From Gammaproteobacteria bacterium (GTDB lineage Bacteria > Pseudomonadota > Gammaproteobacteria > Pseudomonadales > Azotimanducaceae): 35,098 nt of DNA. A program made the translations under genes and the position numbers. Each line of letters begins with the position of its first letter. The first letter of the stretch is position 1. The DNA lies in NCBI GenBank assembly GCA_003476445.1, contig DMUF01000037.1:686-35783 (forward strand), given 5' to 3'. The notes beneath the pieces were generated by a model, which worked only from the letters and a program-made list of their open reading frames with translations, searched no databases and was not told the DNA's origin. This document shows positions 27,711 through 35,098 of this stretch, one piece after another.

Positions 27711-27783
27711 AACTATACCCAGCAAAACACGTGCCATCGCGCGGGGGTCAGCCCACACGGGGGCGAGCCCCCGGCGAGAGCAA

Positions 27784-28374
27784 TCAGACCAGCTGGTCGA
27801 TGCGCGTGATGATCTTGCCGACCAGACCGTAGTCCAGCGCTTCTTCGGCGGACATCCAATAATCGCGATCGGTATCTTTTTCGACCCGCTCGATCGGCTG
27901 ACCGGTCTGTTCCGCAATCACACCGTTGATTCGGGCGCGCGTCTTAAGAATTTCGCGAGCATGAATCTCCACGTCGCTTGCCGTGCCGCCCATACCGCCC
28001 GCCGGCTGGTGAATGAGGAAGCGGGTGTTCGGCAGACAGAACCGCTGCTCGCGATCGGGAGCGAGGTAAATGTGCGTGGCAATGCTGCCCACCCAGCCTG
28101 TGCCCACGACGCGAACGGTCGGCTTGATGAAGCGGATCATGTCGAAAATGGTATCGCCGGATTCGACGTGACCGCCGGGCGATCCGATAAACAGCGTGAT
28201 CGGCTCATCCGATGCATAGGCAAGCGCCAGCAGTTTCTCCGCCGTGCGTTGGGCCACATCCATATCGATCTCGCCAAACAGCGTGAGCGTGCGCCGCTCG
28301 AACAGCGTCTTGTCCAGGAAGCTGAACGCCCGGGGTGCGTCGGTCTTCTCTTCACCGCCTTCGAGCTTGATCAT
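27784..28374 (-). CDS. clpP: ATP-dependent Clp protease proteolytic subunit, ClpP2-type paralog
   Basis: Strong ClpP similarity with the triad context kept (GWVGSIATH Ser, FLIHQP His, DTDRDYW Asp). The block GSPGGHVESGDTIFDMIRFIKP...LPNTRFLIHQPAGG resembles Pseudomonas ClpP2 rather than canonical ClpP1. ATG at 28374 with GGAG at 7 nt. Confidence 0.9.
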   Translation of the reverse strand: MIKLEGGEEKTDAPRAFSFLDKTLFERRTLTLFGEIDMDVAQRTAEKLLALAYASDEPITLFIGSPGGHVESGDTIFDMIRFIKPTVRVVGTGWVGSIATHIYLAPDREQRFCLPNTRFLIHQPAGGMGGTASDVEIHAREILKTRARINGVIAEQTGQPIERVEKDTDRDYWMSAEEALDYGLVGKIITRIDQLV

Positions 28375-28414
28375 CGATCACTCCAAATTCCCTGAGGGTT
28401 GTCTTACTCTAGCC

Positions 28415-28446
28415 AAAAGCCCCCGCATTTGTGCGCAAGCGGGGGC
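28415..28446 (-). terminator. intrinsic-terminator-like hairpin on the minus strand, in the 5' region of clpP2
   Basis: GCCCCCGC (28419-28426) pairs perfectly with GCGGGGGC (28439-28446), 8 G:C pairs. An inner TTG/CAA stem carries a TGCG tetraloop. Read on the minus strand, the hairpin is followed directly by TTTTGG (28418-28413). Confidence 0.4.
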
Positions 28447-28540
28447 CTTGGGCTACTGATCGTCTGGTGACCGTGACGCCCTTATTGGCGCTGTAACGTG
28501 TCCCTGGACTGTTCACGCATTCTACACGTGGGGGACAAAA

Positions 28541-29467
28541 ATGCCGTTAGCACCGGAATACCAGGCAATGCTGGCGCAAGCCGCTGCTCAGGCTGCACCG
28601 CCGCTGTCCAGCCTGCCGGCAGCCGCGGGCAGGGAAATGTACCGCATGATGCGCCCCGCCAATCCCGCGCTTGCCGTGGGGCGGGTGGAGGACCGGCAAA
28701 TCCCTGGACCCCATGGCGATATTCCGGTGCGGATCTACCACCCCGAGGGGAAAGGACCCTTTCCGATCCTCGTCAACTTCCACGGTGGCGGTTGGGTCAT
28801 CGGTGATCTCGATACCTCCGATGCCTTCGCGCGCGATTTTTGTCAGCGTGCCGCCTGCATCGTGATATCGGTCGACTATCGTATGGCGCCGGAGCACCTG
28901 TTCCCCGCGGCTGTGGACGACTGCCTCGCAGCCACCCGATGGGCAGCGCGCGAGGCGAGCGCGCTTAACGGCAACGGGCGCCTTGCCGTTGGGGGCGAGA
29001 GCGCGGGGGGCAACCTCGCCGCCGTCATAAGCCAGCTCGCTCGTGACGCGGGCGAGCCGCACATTGATCTGCAGCTGCTGCTCTACCCGGTTACCGATGC
29101 CGATCTGACGCGCGCCTCCTACCTGGAGAATGGCAAGGGCTACCTGCTCGAACGAGACACGATGCAGTGGTTCTGGGATACCTACTGCCCCGACCCCGCG
29201 CAGCGACTGGATCCGCGCGCATCGCCGATCCGCGCGACCAATCTTGCCAACCTGCCTCCCGCGCTCGTGGTCACCGCGGAATTCGATCCGCTGCGCGACG
29301 AGGGCGAGGCCTATGGGCGCGCACTCGCCGCCGCCGGCAACCGTGTGGAGATCAAGCGGTTCGACGGCCTGGTGCACGACTTCTGCGCCACCGCGCAAGT
29401 GTTCGAATCAAGTCGCAGCGCATTTGGGTGGATCTGCGACCAGGTTCGATCCGCGCTGTCCGCCTGA
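28541..29467 (+). CDS. alpha/beta hydrolase, family IV (hormone-sensitive-lipase-like) carboxylesterase
   Basis: HGGGWVIGD oxyanion motif, GESAGGNLAA nucleophile elbow, then DPLRDEG and HDF for the Asp and His. GGGGGA RBS before the ATG at 28541. Confidence 0.9.
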   Translation: MPLAPEYQAMLAQAAAQAAPPLSSLPAAAGREMYRMMRPANPALAVGRVEDRQIPGPHGDIPVRIYHPEGKGPFPILVNFHGGGWVIGDLDTSDAFARDFCQRAACIVISVDYRMAPEHLFPAAVDDCLAATRWAAREASALNGNGRLAVGGESAGGNLAAVISQLARDAGEPHIDLQLLLYPVTDADLTRASYLENGKGYLLERDTMQWFWDTYCPDPAQRLDPRASPIRATNLANLPPALVVTAEFDPLRDEGEAYGRALAAAGNRVEIKRFDGLVHDFCATAQVFESSRSAFGWICDQVRSALSA

Positions 29468-29480
29468 CCTGATCCACACG

Positions 29481-30512
29481 ATGGTGCACACCACGCCCGA
29501 CCCCGATTTTCAGGGCGTGGTCGCACGACTGCTGCGCGTTCAACCTGAAGATCTCGCGTTCGCTCCCCTGACCGGTGGTGTGTCGAGCGATATCTGGCGG
29601 GTCGATTACGCAGGTCGTACGGTCTGCGCCAAACGCGCCCTGCCGCGATTGCGGGTCAAGGCGCTATGGGAGGCCCCCGTCCGCCGCAATGCCGAAGAGG
29701 TGCGCTGGCTGACAATCGCGCGCACATGCATTGGCGAGCAGGCCGGACACGTGATCGCACACGACCCCGACGCCGGCGTCGCTCTTCTCGAATGGTATCC
29801 CCCGGAACAGTGGCGCAACTGGAAGGAAGCGCTGCTTGCGGGAAATGTAGATGCTCGGGTAGCCGCCGCGCTTGGTGAGGCGCTGGGCTCGCTCAACACG
29901 CTGGCCGCGCGTACGCCAGCAATGGCGACCGAATTTGCCAACCACGAGCTGTTCGATGCGCTGCGCGTCGACCCCTTCTTCAGACACATCGCCCACCGCT
30001 ATGCGCGTATGCCCGATGTCGTGGAACATCTTGTTACCGCGCGGGAGACCCTGGTGCATGGGGATTTCAGCCCGAAAAATGTGCTGGTTGATCGCGACGG
30101 CGCGATCCGCATCCTGGACGCCGAAACCGCCACGTTCGGGGCCGCCGCGTTTGACCCGGGCTACCTCACCGCGCACCTGCTGCTGAAGCACGCGCGCGTG
30201 TGGGAAGGCGCGCAAGTGTCGGACCACGCGCTCGCGTCACAGCAGGCACTCGCCGCCGCCGTGCTCAACTTTTGGCAGCACTTCCGCGACCGGCTCGGGC
30301 GCATACCCGAAAAGACCATGCCAGCCGATGGGAGAGTTATCGATATCATTCTCGCCATGGTGCTGGCACGCATCGACGGCAAATCACCGGTCGACTATCT
30401 GACCTCAGCACAACAGGATCGCCTCCGCGATCAGGCGTCCGCGCTGCTGGCATCGCCCATTGCAGTCACCGTCGAACAGTTCCTCGAGCGCTGGCTCGAC
30501 AATCGCATCTAG
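29481..30512 (+). CDS. phosphotransferase family protein (APH fold, 5-methylthioribose kinase MtnK-like)
   Basis: Kinase motifs LVHGDFSPKNVLVD and ILDAETATFGAAAFDPGYL, plus the MtnK-like stretch FANHELFDALRVDPFF. ATG at 29481, 13 nt after the esterase stop. The track ORF from 29130 is a run-on through the esterase. Confidence 0.8.
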   Translation: MVHTTPDPDFQGVVARLLRVQPEDLAFAPLTGGVSSDIWRVDYAGRTVCAKRALPRLRVKALWEAPVRRNAEEVRWLTIARTCIGEQAGHVIAHDPDAGVALLEWYPPEQWRNWKEALLAGNVDARVAAALGEALGSLNTLAARTPAMATEFANHELFDALRVDPFFRHIAHRYARMPDVVEHLVTARETLVHGDFSPKNVLVDRDGAIRILDAETATFGAAAFDPGYLTAHLLLKHARVWEGAQVSDHALASQQALAAAVLNFWQHFRDRLGRIPEKTMPADGRVIDIILAMVLARIDGKSPVDYLTSAQQDRLRDQASALLASPIAVTVEQFLERWLDNRI

Positions 30513-30525
30513 CAGGAGAACACAC

Positions 30526-30810
30526 ATGCTCTGCATCATGATCTGTGAAGATCGACCTGACAGCCTCGATCTGCGCATGGCCACGCGCGCAGCCCACCTC
30601 GCTTTCATCGACACGGTGCGTGCGCAGGTCAGACTTGCAGGGCCCATGCTCTCCGACGACGGCGAGAAAATGGTTGGCTCCGTGTTCATCATCGAGGCAG
30701 ATGACATCGAGGCCGCGCGGGCTTTTAACGCGCGCGATCCTTATACGTTGGCAGGCCTGTTTGGCAAGGTCACGATTCGTCCGTTTCGCCAGGTCGTACC
30801 GGCGGCGTGA
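30526..30810 (+). CDS. YciI family protein
   Basis: 94 aa: MLCIMICEDRPDSLDLRMATRAAHLAFID...LAGPMLSDDGEKMVGSVFIIEADDIEAARAFNARDPYTLAGLF, a typical YciI pattern. AGGAGA sits 6 nt before the ATG at 30526. Confidence 0.75.
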   Translation: MLCIMICEDRPDSLDLRMATRAAHLAFIDTVRAQVRLAGPMLSDDGEKMVGSVFIIEADDIEAARAFNARDPYTLAGLFGKVTIRPFRQVVPAA

Positions 30811-31763
30811 AATCCATGCTGAAGGTCATCTGGAACTACGACGCTGCGCCGACACTGCGTGCGCGATTGAACGCGCTCGCGAACGAAGGACTGCACGTCG
30901 AAGTCTGCCCCGAGCACGATGACGCGCGCCTCTTTCAGCTTCTCGCCGATGCCGATGTGCTCTGGCACTGCCTGCGGCCGGTCAATGCCGAGCTGCTGGC
31001 CCAGGCGCCTCGTCTGCGTCTGGTACAGAAGATTGGGGTCGGCGTGAACACGATCGATCTCGAGGACGCGCGCCGACGCGGCATCGCGGTCTGCAACATG
31101 CCGGGAAGCAACAGCCGCGCCGTCTCCGAGCATGCGCTCGCGCTCATGCTCGCGGTCCTGCGGCAGGTGCCGCGCTTCGATCACGACGTGCGCATGGGGG
31201 CGGGCTGGTCCTGGGACTCCGATCGCCAGGACGGGCTCGGAGAGATCGGTGGTCGCACCGTTGGGCTTGTCGGCTTCGGCGCTGTTCCTGCGCTACTGGC
31301 GCCGGTACTACATGCACTGGGCGCACGGGTGCTCTATACCGCGCGAACGCAACACCCCACCGCCAACGCCGAATGGCGTTCATTTCCGGCGCTGCTTGCG
31401 GAATCCGATATACTGTCGCTGCACGTTCCGCTGACTCCGCTCACCGAGCGCCTGCTGGATCGCAGCGCCTTCGCCCAGATGCGACCGGGCAGCATCCTCA
31501 TCAATACCGCGCGAGGCGGGCTGGTCGACGAGGAAGCGCTGCTTGCGGCGCTCGCAAGCGGCCGCCTGGCGGGAGCAGGGCTCGATGTCTTTGCCGCAGA
31601 GCCGCTGTCGATACCACACCAACTGGCGCAGCTGCCAAACGTGGTGCTTGCGCCCCATGTGGCGTGGCTCACGGGAGAGACTCTGATGCGTAGCCTGGCG
31701 ATAGCGGTGGACAACTGCCATCGACTCGAAGCAGGAAAGGAGTTCGCCTTTCGTGTCGCGTGA
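30807..31763 (+). CDS. D-isomer-specific 2-hydroxyacid dehydrogenase family, NAD-binding
   Basis: GRTVGLVGFGAVPALL Rossmann motif and catalytic R/E/H context (INTARGGLVDEEAL, GLDVFAAEP, APHVAWLT). GTG at 30807 overlaps the YciI stop (GTGA), with an alternative ATG at 30816. Confidence 0.9.
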   Translation: MKSMLKVIWNYDAAPTLRARLNALANEGLHVEVCPEHDDARLFQLLADADVLWHCLRPVNAELLAQAPRLRLVQKIGVGVNTIDLEDARRRGIAVCNMPGSNSRAVSEHALALMLAVLRQVPRFDHDVRMGAGWSWDSDRQDGLGEIGGRTVGLVGFGAVPALLAPVLHALGARVLYTARTQHPTANAEWRSFPALLAESDILSLHVPLTPLTERLLDRSAFAQMRPGSILINTARGGLVDEEALLAALASGRLAGAGLDVFAAEPLSIPHQLAQLPNVVLAPHVAWLTGETLMRSLAIAVDNCHRLEAGKEFAFRVA

Positions 31764-31873
31764 ATCGCCTCGGGCGATGACTTCCGTCACGAGCGTCACA
31801 CAAAACGCGGGCACGATGAACGCCCAATCATTCTGAACCCTGTGTTCGCACAGCCAAACGGGACGCCTATAAC

Positions 31874-33268
31874 ATGCACGACAACGTCCACATGGGTTAC
31901 GACCTGCAGCCGGACGCCGATCGGGCCGCCATGCTTGATGCGATCGGCGTTGCGACGGTCGAAGACCTGTTTTCGGCGATCCCGAAAGCCATTCGACTCG
32001 ATCGCGAGCTCGCACTGCCGGGCCCACTGTCCGAATGGGCGCTCGAGCGCGAGTTCCGTCAGCGCGCTGCGCGCAACGCTACCACGCGAACGCATCTCTC
32101 CTTCCTGGGCGGCGGCGCCTATGACCACTACATACCCGCCGCCGTCGACGCGATCGCAAACCGCGGCGAGTTTTTGACCGCCTATACACCCTACCAGCCG
32201 GAAATGAGCCAGGGCCTGCTGCAGGTTCTGCACGATTTCCAGAAGTTGATGAGCAAAGTCCTCGGATTGCCGGCGGTGAACTGCTCTGTCTATGACGGCG
32301 CGACTGCCATGGCGGAAATGGCCTGGATGGCGTGCGTGATTCGCAACAAGCGCACGGTCGCAGTTGCGCGCTCGATCCTGCCCGACTATCGCGCGGTGCT
32401 CGATACCTATCTTGCTGGCCGCGGTGTCGCCATCGTTGACGTGGCAAGCGATCCAAGCTCAGGCACCATCGACCCGAACGCCCTCGAACTCGCACTGTCC
32501 GCCGGCGACTGTGCCGCTCTCATCGTTCAGAGCCCGAACCGGTTTGGTGTGCTCGAGTCGCTCGGCGAGCTGTGCGCCGCGGCGCATCGCCATGATGCGC
32601 TCGCCAACGTCTCGGTAAATCCGCTGCTGGCAGGCATCGCCCGAACTGCCGGGGCTGCCGGTGCCGACATCGTATGCGCGGAAGCGCAGCCCCTTGGCAT
32701 TCCCTTGAATGCGGGCGGACCCTATCTTGGCGCCGTTGCGACCCGCAGCGAGTATCGCGGATTCCTGCCGGGGCGCATCGTCGGCGAGGTGATGGATCTG
32801 AAAGGCGAGCCGGCACTTGCGCTGGTTCACGAGGAACGCGAGCAACATGTCTCCCGTGATCGAGCGACCAGCCATATCTGCTCCAATCAGGCGCTTCTGG
32901 CGCTGCGCGTCGTGCTGCACCTGTCACTGCTCGGCGAGCAGGGGCTACGCCGGGTAGCAACCCTCAACGCCACCAAGGCGCACGCGTTTGTTGACGCACT
33001 CTGCACGCTGCCCGGTGTTTCGCGCGCGCATATTGGACCGTATTTCAACGAGAGCCTCTTACGACTTCCGTGCAACGCCGTCGCAGTGCTGAAGGCCCTC
33101 GAGAATGAGGGCATCTTCGGCGGTATCGACGGCGGTCGACTCGATCCGAGTCTCGGTGACTGCGTTCTTGTTGCGGTCACGGAGATGCACTCAAAACAGG
33201 ATATGGATCGCGCAAAGAGCGCCTACGCACGGGCAATTGCCAATGCTCTGGAGACCGAAGCAGCATGA
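31874..33268 (+). CDS. gcvPA: glycine dehydrogenase (aminomethyl-transferring) subunit 1
   Basis: DRAAMLDAIGVATVEDLFSAIP, SFLGGGAYDHYIPAAVD, EFLTAYTPYQPEMSQG and ATSHICSNQAL. An alternative ATG at 31892 is possible. Confidence 0.92.
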   Translation: MHDNVHMGYDLQPDADRAAMLDAIGVATVEDLFSAIPKAIRLDRELALPGPLSEWALEREFRQRAARNATTRTHLSFLGGGAYDHYIPAAVDAIANRGEFLTAYTPYQPEMSQGLLQVLHDFQKLMSKVLGLPAVNCSVYDGATAMAEMAWMACVIRNKRTVAVARSILPDYRAVLDTYLAGRGVAIVDVASDPSSGTIDPNALELALSAGDCAALIVQSPNRFGVLESLGELCAAAHRHDALANVSVNPLLAGIARTAGAAGADIVCAEAQPLGIPLNAGGPYLGAVATRSEYRGFLPGRIVGEVMDLKGEPALALVHEEREQHVSRDRATSHICSNQALLALRVVLHLSLLGEQGLRRVATLNATKAHAFVDALCTLPGVSRAHIGPYFNESLLRLPCNAVAVLKALENEGIFGGIDGGRLDPSLGDCVLVAVTEMHSKQDMDRAKSAYARAIANALETEAA

Positions 33269-34743
33269 CCAAGACACAGAGCATTTATTCCCTGCACCGC
33301 GCAGGCGTCAGCGGCACCGGAATCGTTGATCCCGACTTCCCGATCGACGCGCTGAATACGGCTGCGTGGATGCCGGAGGGTGAGGCACGGCTTGGAGACC
33401 TCGGGTTACCCGAAGTCTCAGAGATCGATGTGATCAGACACTTCACCCGACAAAGCCACGAATCCCACGGCGTCGATACCGGCAGTTATCCGCTGGGATC
33501 CTGCACCATGAAATACAACCCGAAGCGCAACGACCGTATGGCGCAGCTCGACGGGTTTCGCTACGCGCACCCACTGCAGCCGCCCGCAACGCTGCAAGGT
33601 CTGTGGGATACGTTCGCCGACCTGCAGGACGCCCTGGCCGAGATCACGGGGATGGATGCGTTCACGCTGCAACCCGCGGCGGGCGCACACGGGGAATTCA
33701 CCGGCCTGCTAACAATCCAGCGCTACTTCGCCGATCGCGGCGAAGATCGACGCACCATCCTGATTCCGGACTCTGCTCATGGCACGAACCCCGCCAGCGC
33801 GGCAATGGTCGGTTTCCAGTGCCGGCTGATTCCCACCACGTCGCGCGGGCTGCTCGACATGGAAACCTTCCGCAGCCTGCTCGGACCGGATACCGCCGGA
33901 CTGATGCTGACAAATCCCTCCACGCTGGGCCTGTTCGAGGAGCAAATTGAAGAAATTGCCGCTGCGGTGCATGACGCGGGCGCGCTGCTCTACTACGACG
34001 GTGCGAACCTGAACGCACTGATGGGCATCGTCCGACCCGGTGACATGGGCTTCGACGTCATCCACGTGAACACGCACAAGACGCTGTCTACGCCCCACGG
34101 CGGTGGCGGCCCAGGCAGTGGTCCCTGCGGAGTGAAATCGTTTCTGGCGCCCTATCTCCCGGCCCCTCACATTCGTCGCGACGCAGCCGGAAAAGCATTC
34201 CCAGACTGGGATGCCCCGCATTCGGTCGGCAAGGTCAAATCCTTCTACGGTCACGTCGAAGTGCTGCTGCGAGCGTGGGCCTACATTCGCACGCTGGGGG
34301 GCAGCGGCCTGCGGTACGCGACGGAAACAGCAGTACTGAACGCCAACTATCTGAAGGCCAGGCTCGCGGATCTGCTGCCGCCGCTGTTCGAACAGCACTG
34401 CATGCATGAGTGCCTCTTATCCGGCGGGTCACTCAGCGTCGACGCAGCCGATTTCGTGAAGCGCCTCATCGATTTCGGCATTCATCCGCCGACCCTGGTG
34501 GGCGCCGGCTGCGTGCACTTCGGTCCCGACTATCGCACTGCCATGCTGATAGAGCCCACCGAAACCGAGAGCAAGGCGGCGCTCGATCTCATGATCGACA
34601 GCTTCCGTAAAGTCGCGAACGAGGCAGCGGTCGCACCCTTCATGATCGAAACTGCCCCCCACACCACCCCCGTGGCCAAGATTGTGAAGGATGAGTCAGC
34701 GTGGCTCAGTGTTCTTGAAACCAGCGATGGCAGTGTGTCGTGA
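33265..34743 (+). CDS. gcvPB: glycine dehydrogenase (aminomethyl-transferring) subunit 2
   Basis: GSCTMKYNPK, DSAHGTNPASA and the PLP-lysine block HVNTHKTLSTPHGGGGPGSGP. Its ATG overlaps the gcvPA stop (ATGA). Confidence 0.93.
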   Translation: MTKTQSIYSLHRAGVSGTGIVDPDFPIDALNTAAWMPEGEARLGDLGLPEVSEIDVIRHFTRQSHESHGVDTGSYPLGSCTMKYNPKRNDRMAQLDGFRYAHPLQPPATLQGLWDTFADLQDALAEITGMDAFTLQPAAGAHGEFTGLLTIQRYFADRGEDRRTILIPDSAHGTNPASAAMVGFQCRLIPTTSRGLLDMETFRSLLGPDTAGLMLTNPSTLGLFEEQIEEIAAAVHDAGALLYYDGANLNALMGIVRPGDMGFDVIHVNTHKTLSTPHGGGGPGSGPCGVKSFLAPYLPAPHIRRDAAGKAFPDWDAPHSVGKVKSFYGHVEVLLRAWAYIRTLGGSGLRYATETAVLNANYLKARLADLLPPLFEQHCMHECLLSGGSLSVDAADFVKRLIDFGIHPPTLVGAGCVHFGPDYRTAMLIEPTETESKAALDLMIDSFRKVANEAAVAPFMIETAPHTTPVAKIVKDESAWLSVLETSDGSVS

Positions 34744-35098
34744 CTAACGTAGCCCTGGACACCTCGGCACGAGTGCTGGTGGTTGAAGATACCAACATGA
34801 TGCGGGTGCTCATGCTGCGGCATCTGAAGCAGGCTGGGTTCACGGAAGTCGCGGATGTGGGTGATGGCCAGCAGGCACTCGACTACCTGGCCAATCACCC
34901 CGTCGATCTCATCCTGCTCGATATCAACATGCCGGTGATGGACGGCTACACGACCCTTGAGCGTCTTAAGGCTGACCCGGCGCTGCGCGAGATTGCGGTC
35001 ATCATGATCACATCGGTGGATTCCATCGAGAGCGTCGCGCGCTGCATCGAAATGGGCGCAGACGACTACATGCCGAAACTCTTCAACCCCATTCTGCT
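34740..35098 (+). CDS. response regulator, receiver domain; the 3' end lies outside the window
   Basis: CheY-like motifs RVLVVEDT, DLILLDINMPVMDG, VIMITS and DDYMPKLFNP. No in-frame ATG lies upstream of the acidic pocket. The first start-capable codon after the in-frame stop at 34716-34718 is the GTG at 34740, which overlaps the gcvPB TGA (GTGA). Confidence 0.85.
   Translation, partial: MTNVALDTSARVLVVEDTNMMRVLMLRHLKQAGFTEVADVGDGQQALDYLANHPVDLILLDINMPVMDGYTTLERLKADPALREIAVIMITSVDSIESVARCIEMGADDYMPKLFNPIL

Noticed and set aside
28482-28520. 12-codon minus-strand mini-ORF (MREQSRDTLQRQ) as a possible leader peptide for clpP2 attenuation
   Set aside because: It has no Shine-Dalgarno sequence, it overlaps the candidate -10 hexamer so it would not be in that transcript, and an ORF this short is expected by chance.
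31764-31873. Possible glycine riboswitch upstream of gcvPA
   Set aside because: I could not find the conserved glycine-aptamer core elements (GGAGAG...CACCG...GGACA-type blocks) in the 110-nt leader. Only a small 6-bp hairpin (31764-31778) sits right after the preceding stop. A covariance-model scan would be decisive.

Overview
This is a GC-rich, gene-dense chromosomal segment with strong third-position GC bias. It looks proteobacterial, probably gammaproteobacterial: it carries an Lpp/OprI-type lipoprotein, an E. coli LdtB-like L,D-transpeptidase and a ClpP2-type paralog. I call 33 CDS, two of them truncated at the window edges. I found no rRNA or tRNA genes, CRISPR arrays, transposases or integrases by eye. 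Many ORF-track start codons are actually TTG or GTG run-ons into upstream genes, so I re-called several starts using RBS placement, homology and gene spacing. Most of the content is ordinary metabolism and transport: amidohydrolases, a MATE efflux pump, a PlsC-type acyltransferase, MDR and Zn-ADH oxidoreductases including frmA, an amidase, an FAD oxidase, a SulP transporter, crotonases, an acyl-CoA dehydrogenase, an M20 hydrolase and gcvPA/gcvPB. The most unusual locus is a translationally coupled mevalonate operon at about 4.8-9.1 kb, ordered mvaD, then phosphomevalonate kinase, then one 758-aa ORF that fuses a class II HMG-CoA reductase end to end to a mevalonate kinase. No HMG-CoA synthase, thiolase or IPP isomerase is visible in the window. 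Secondary points of interest are an Lpp/OprI lipoprotein ending in CCARK convergent with its likely anchoring L,D-transpeptidase; an orphan ClpP2-type protease with a terminator-like leader hairpin, a highly structured downstream spacer and an uncharacterised small ORF; a secreted reprolysin-like metzincin with an FN3-like tail; a four-gene esterase, MtnK-like kinase, YciI and 2-hydroxyacid dehydrogenase operon; and a split glycine decarboxylase lacking gcvT/gcvH whose stop overlaps a response-regulator start. I do not see a recognisable defence island or mobile element, so the HMGR-MVK fusion is my best candidate for something under-described. All calls rest on motif recognition by eye; no database search was run.
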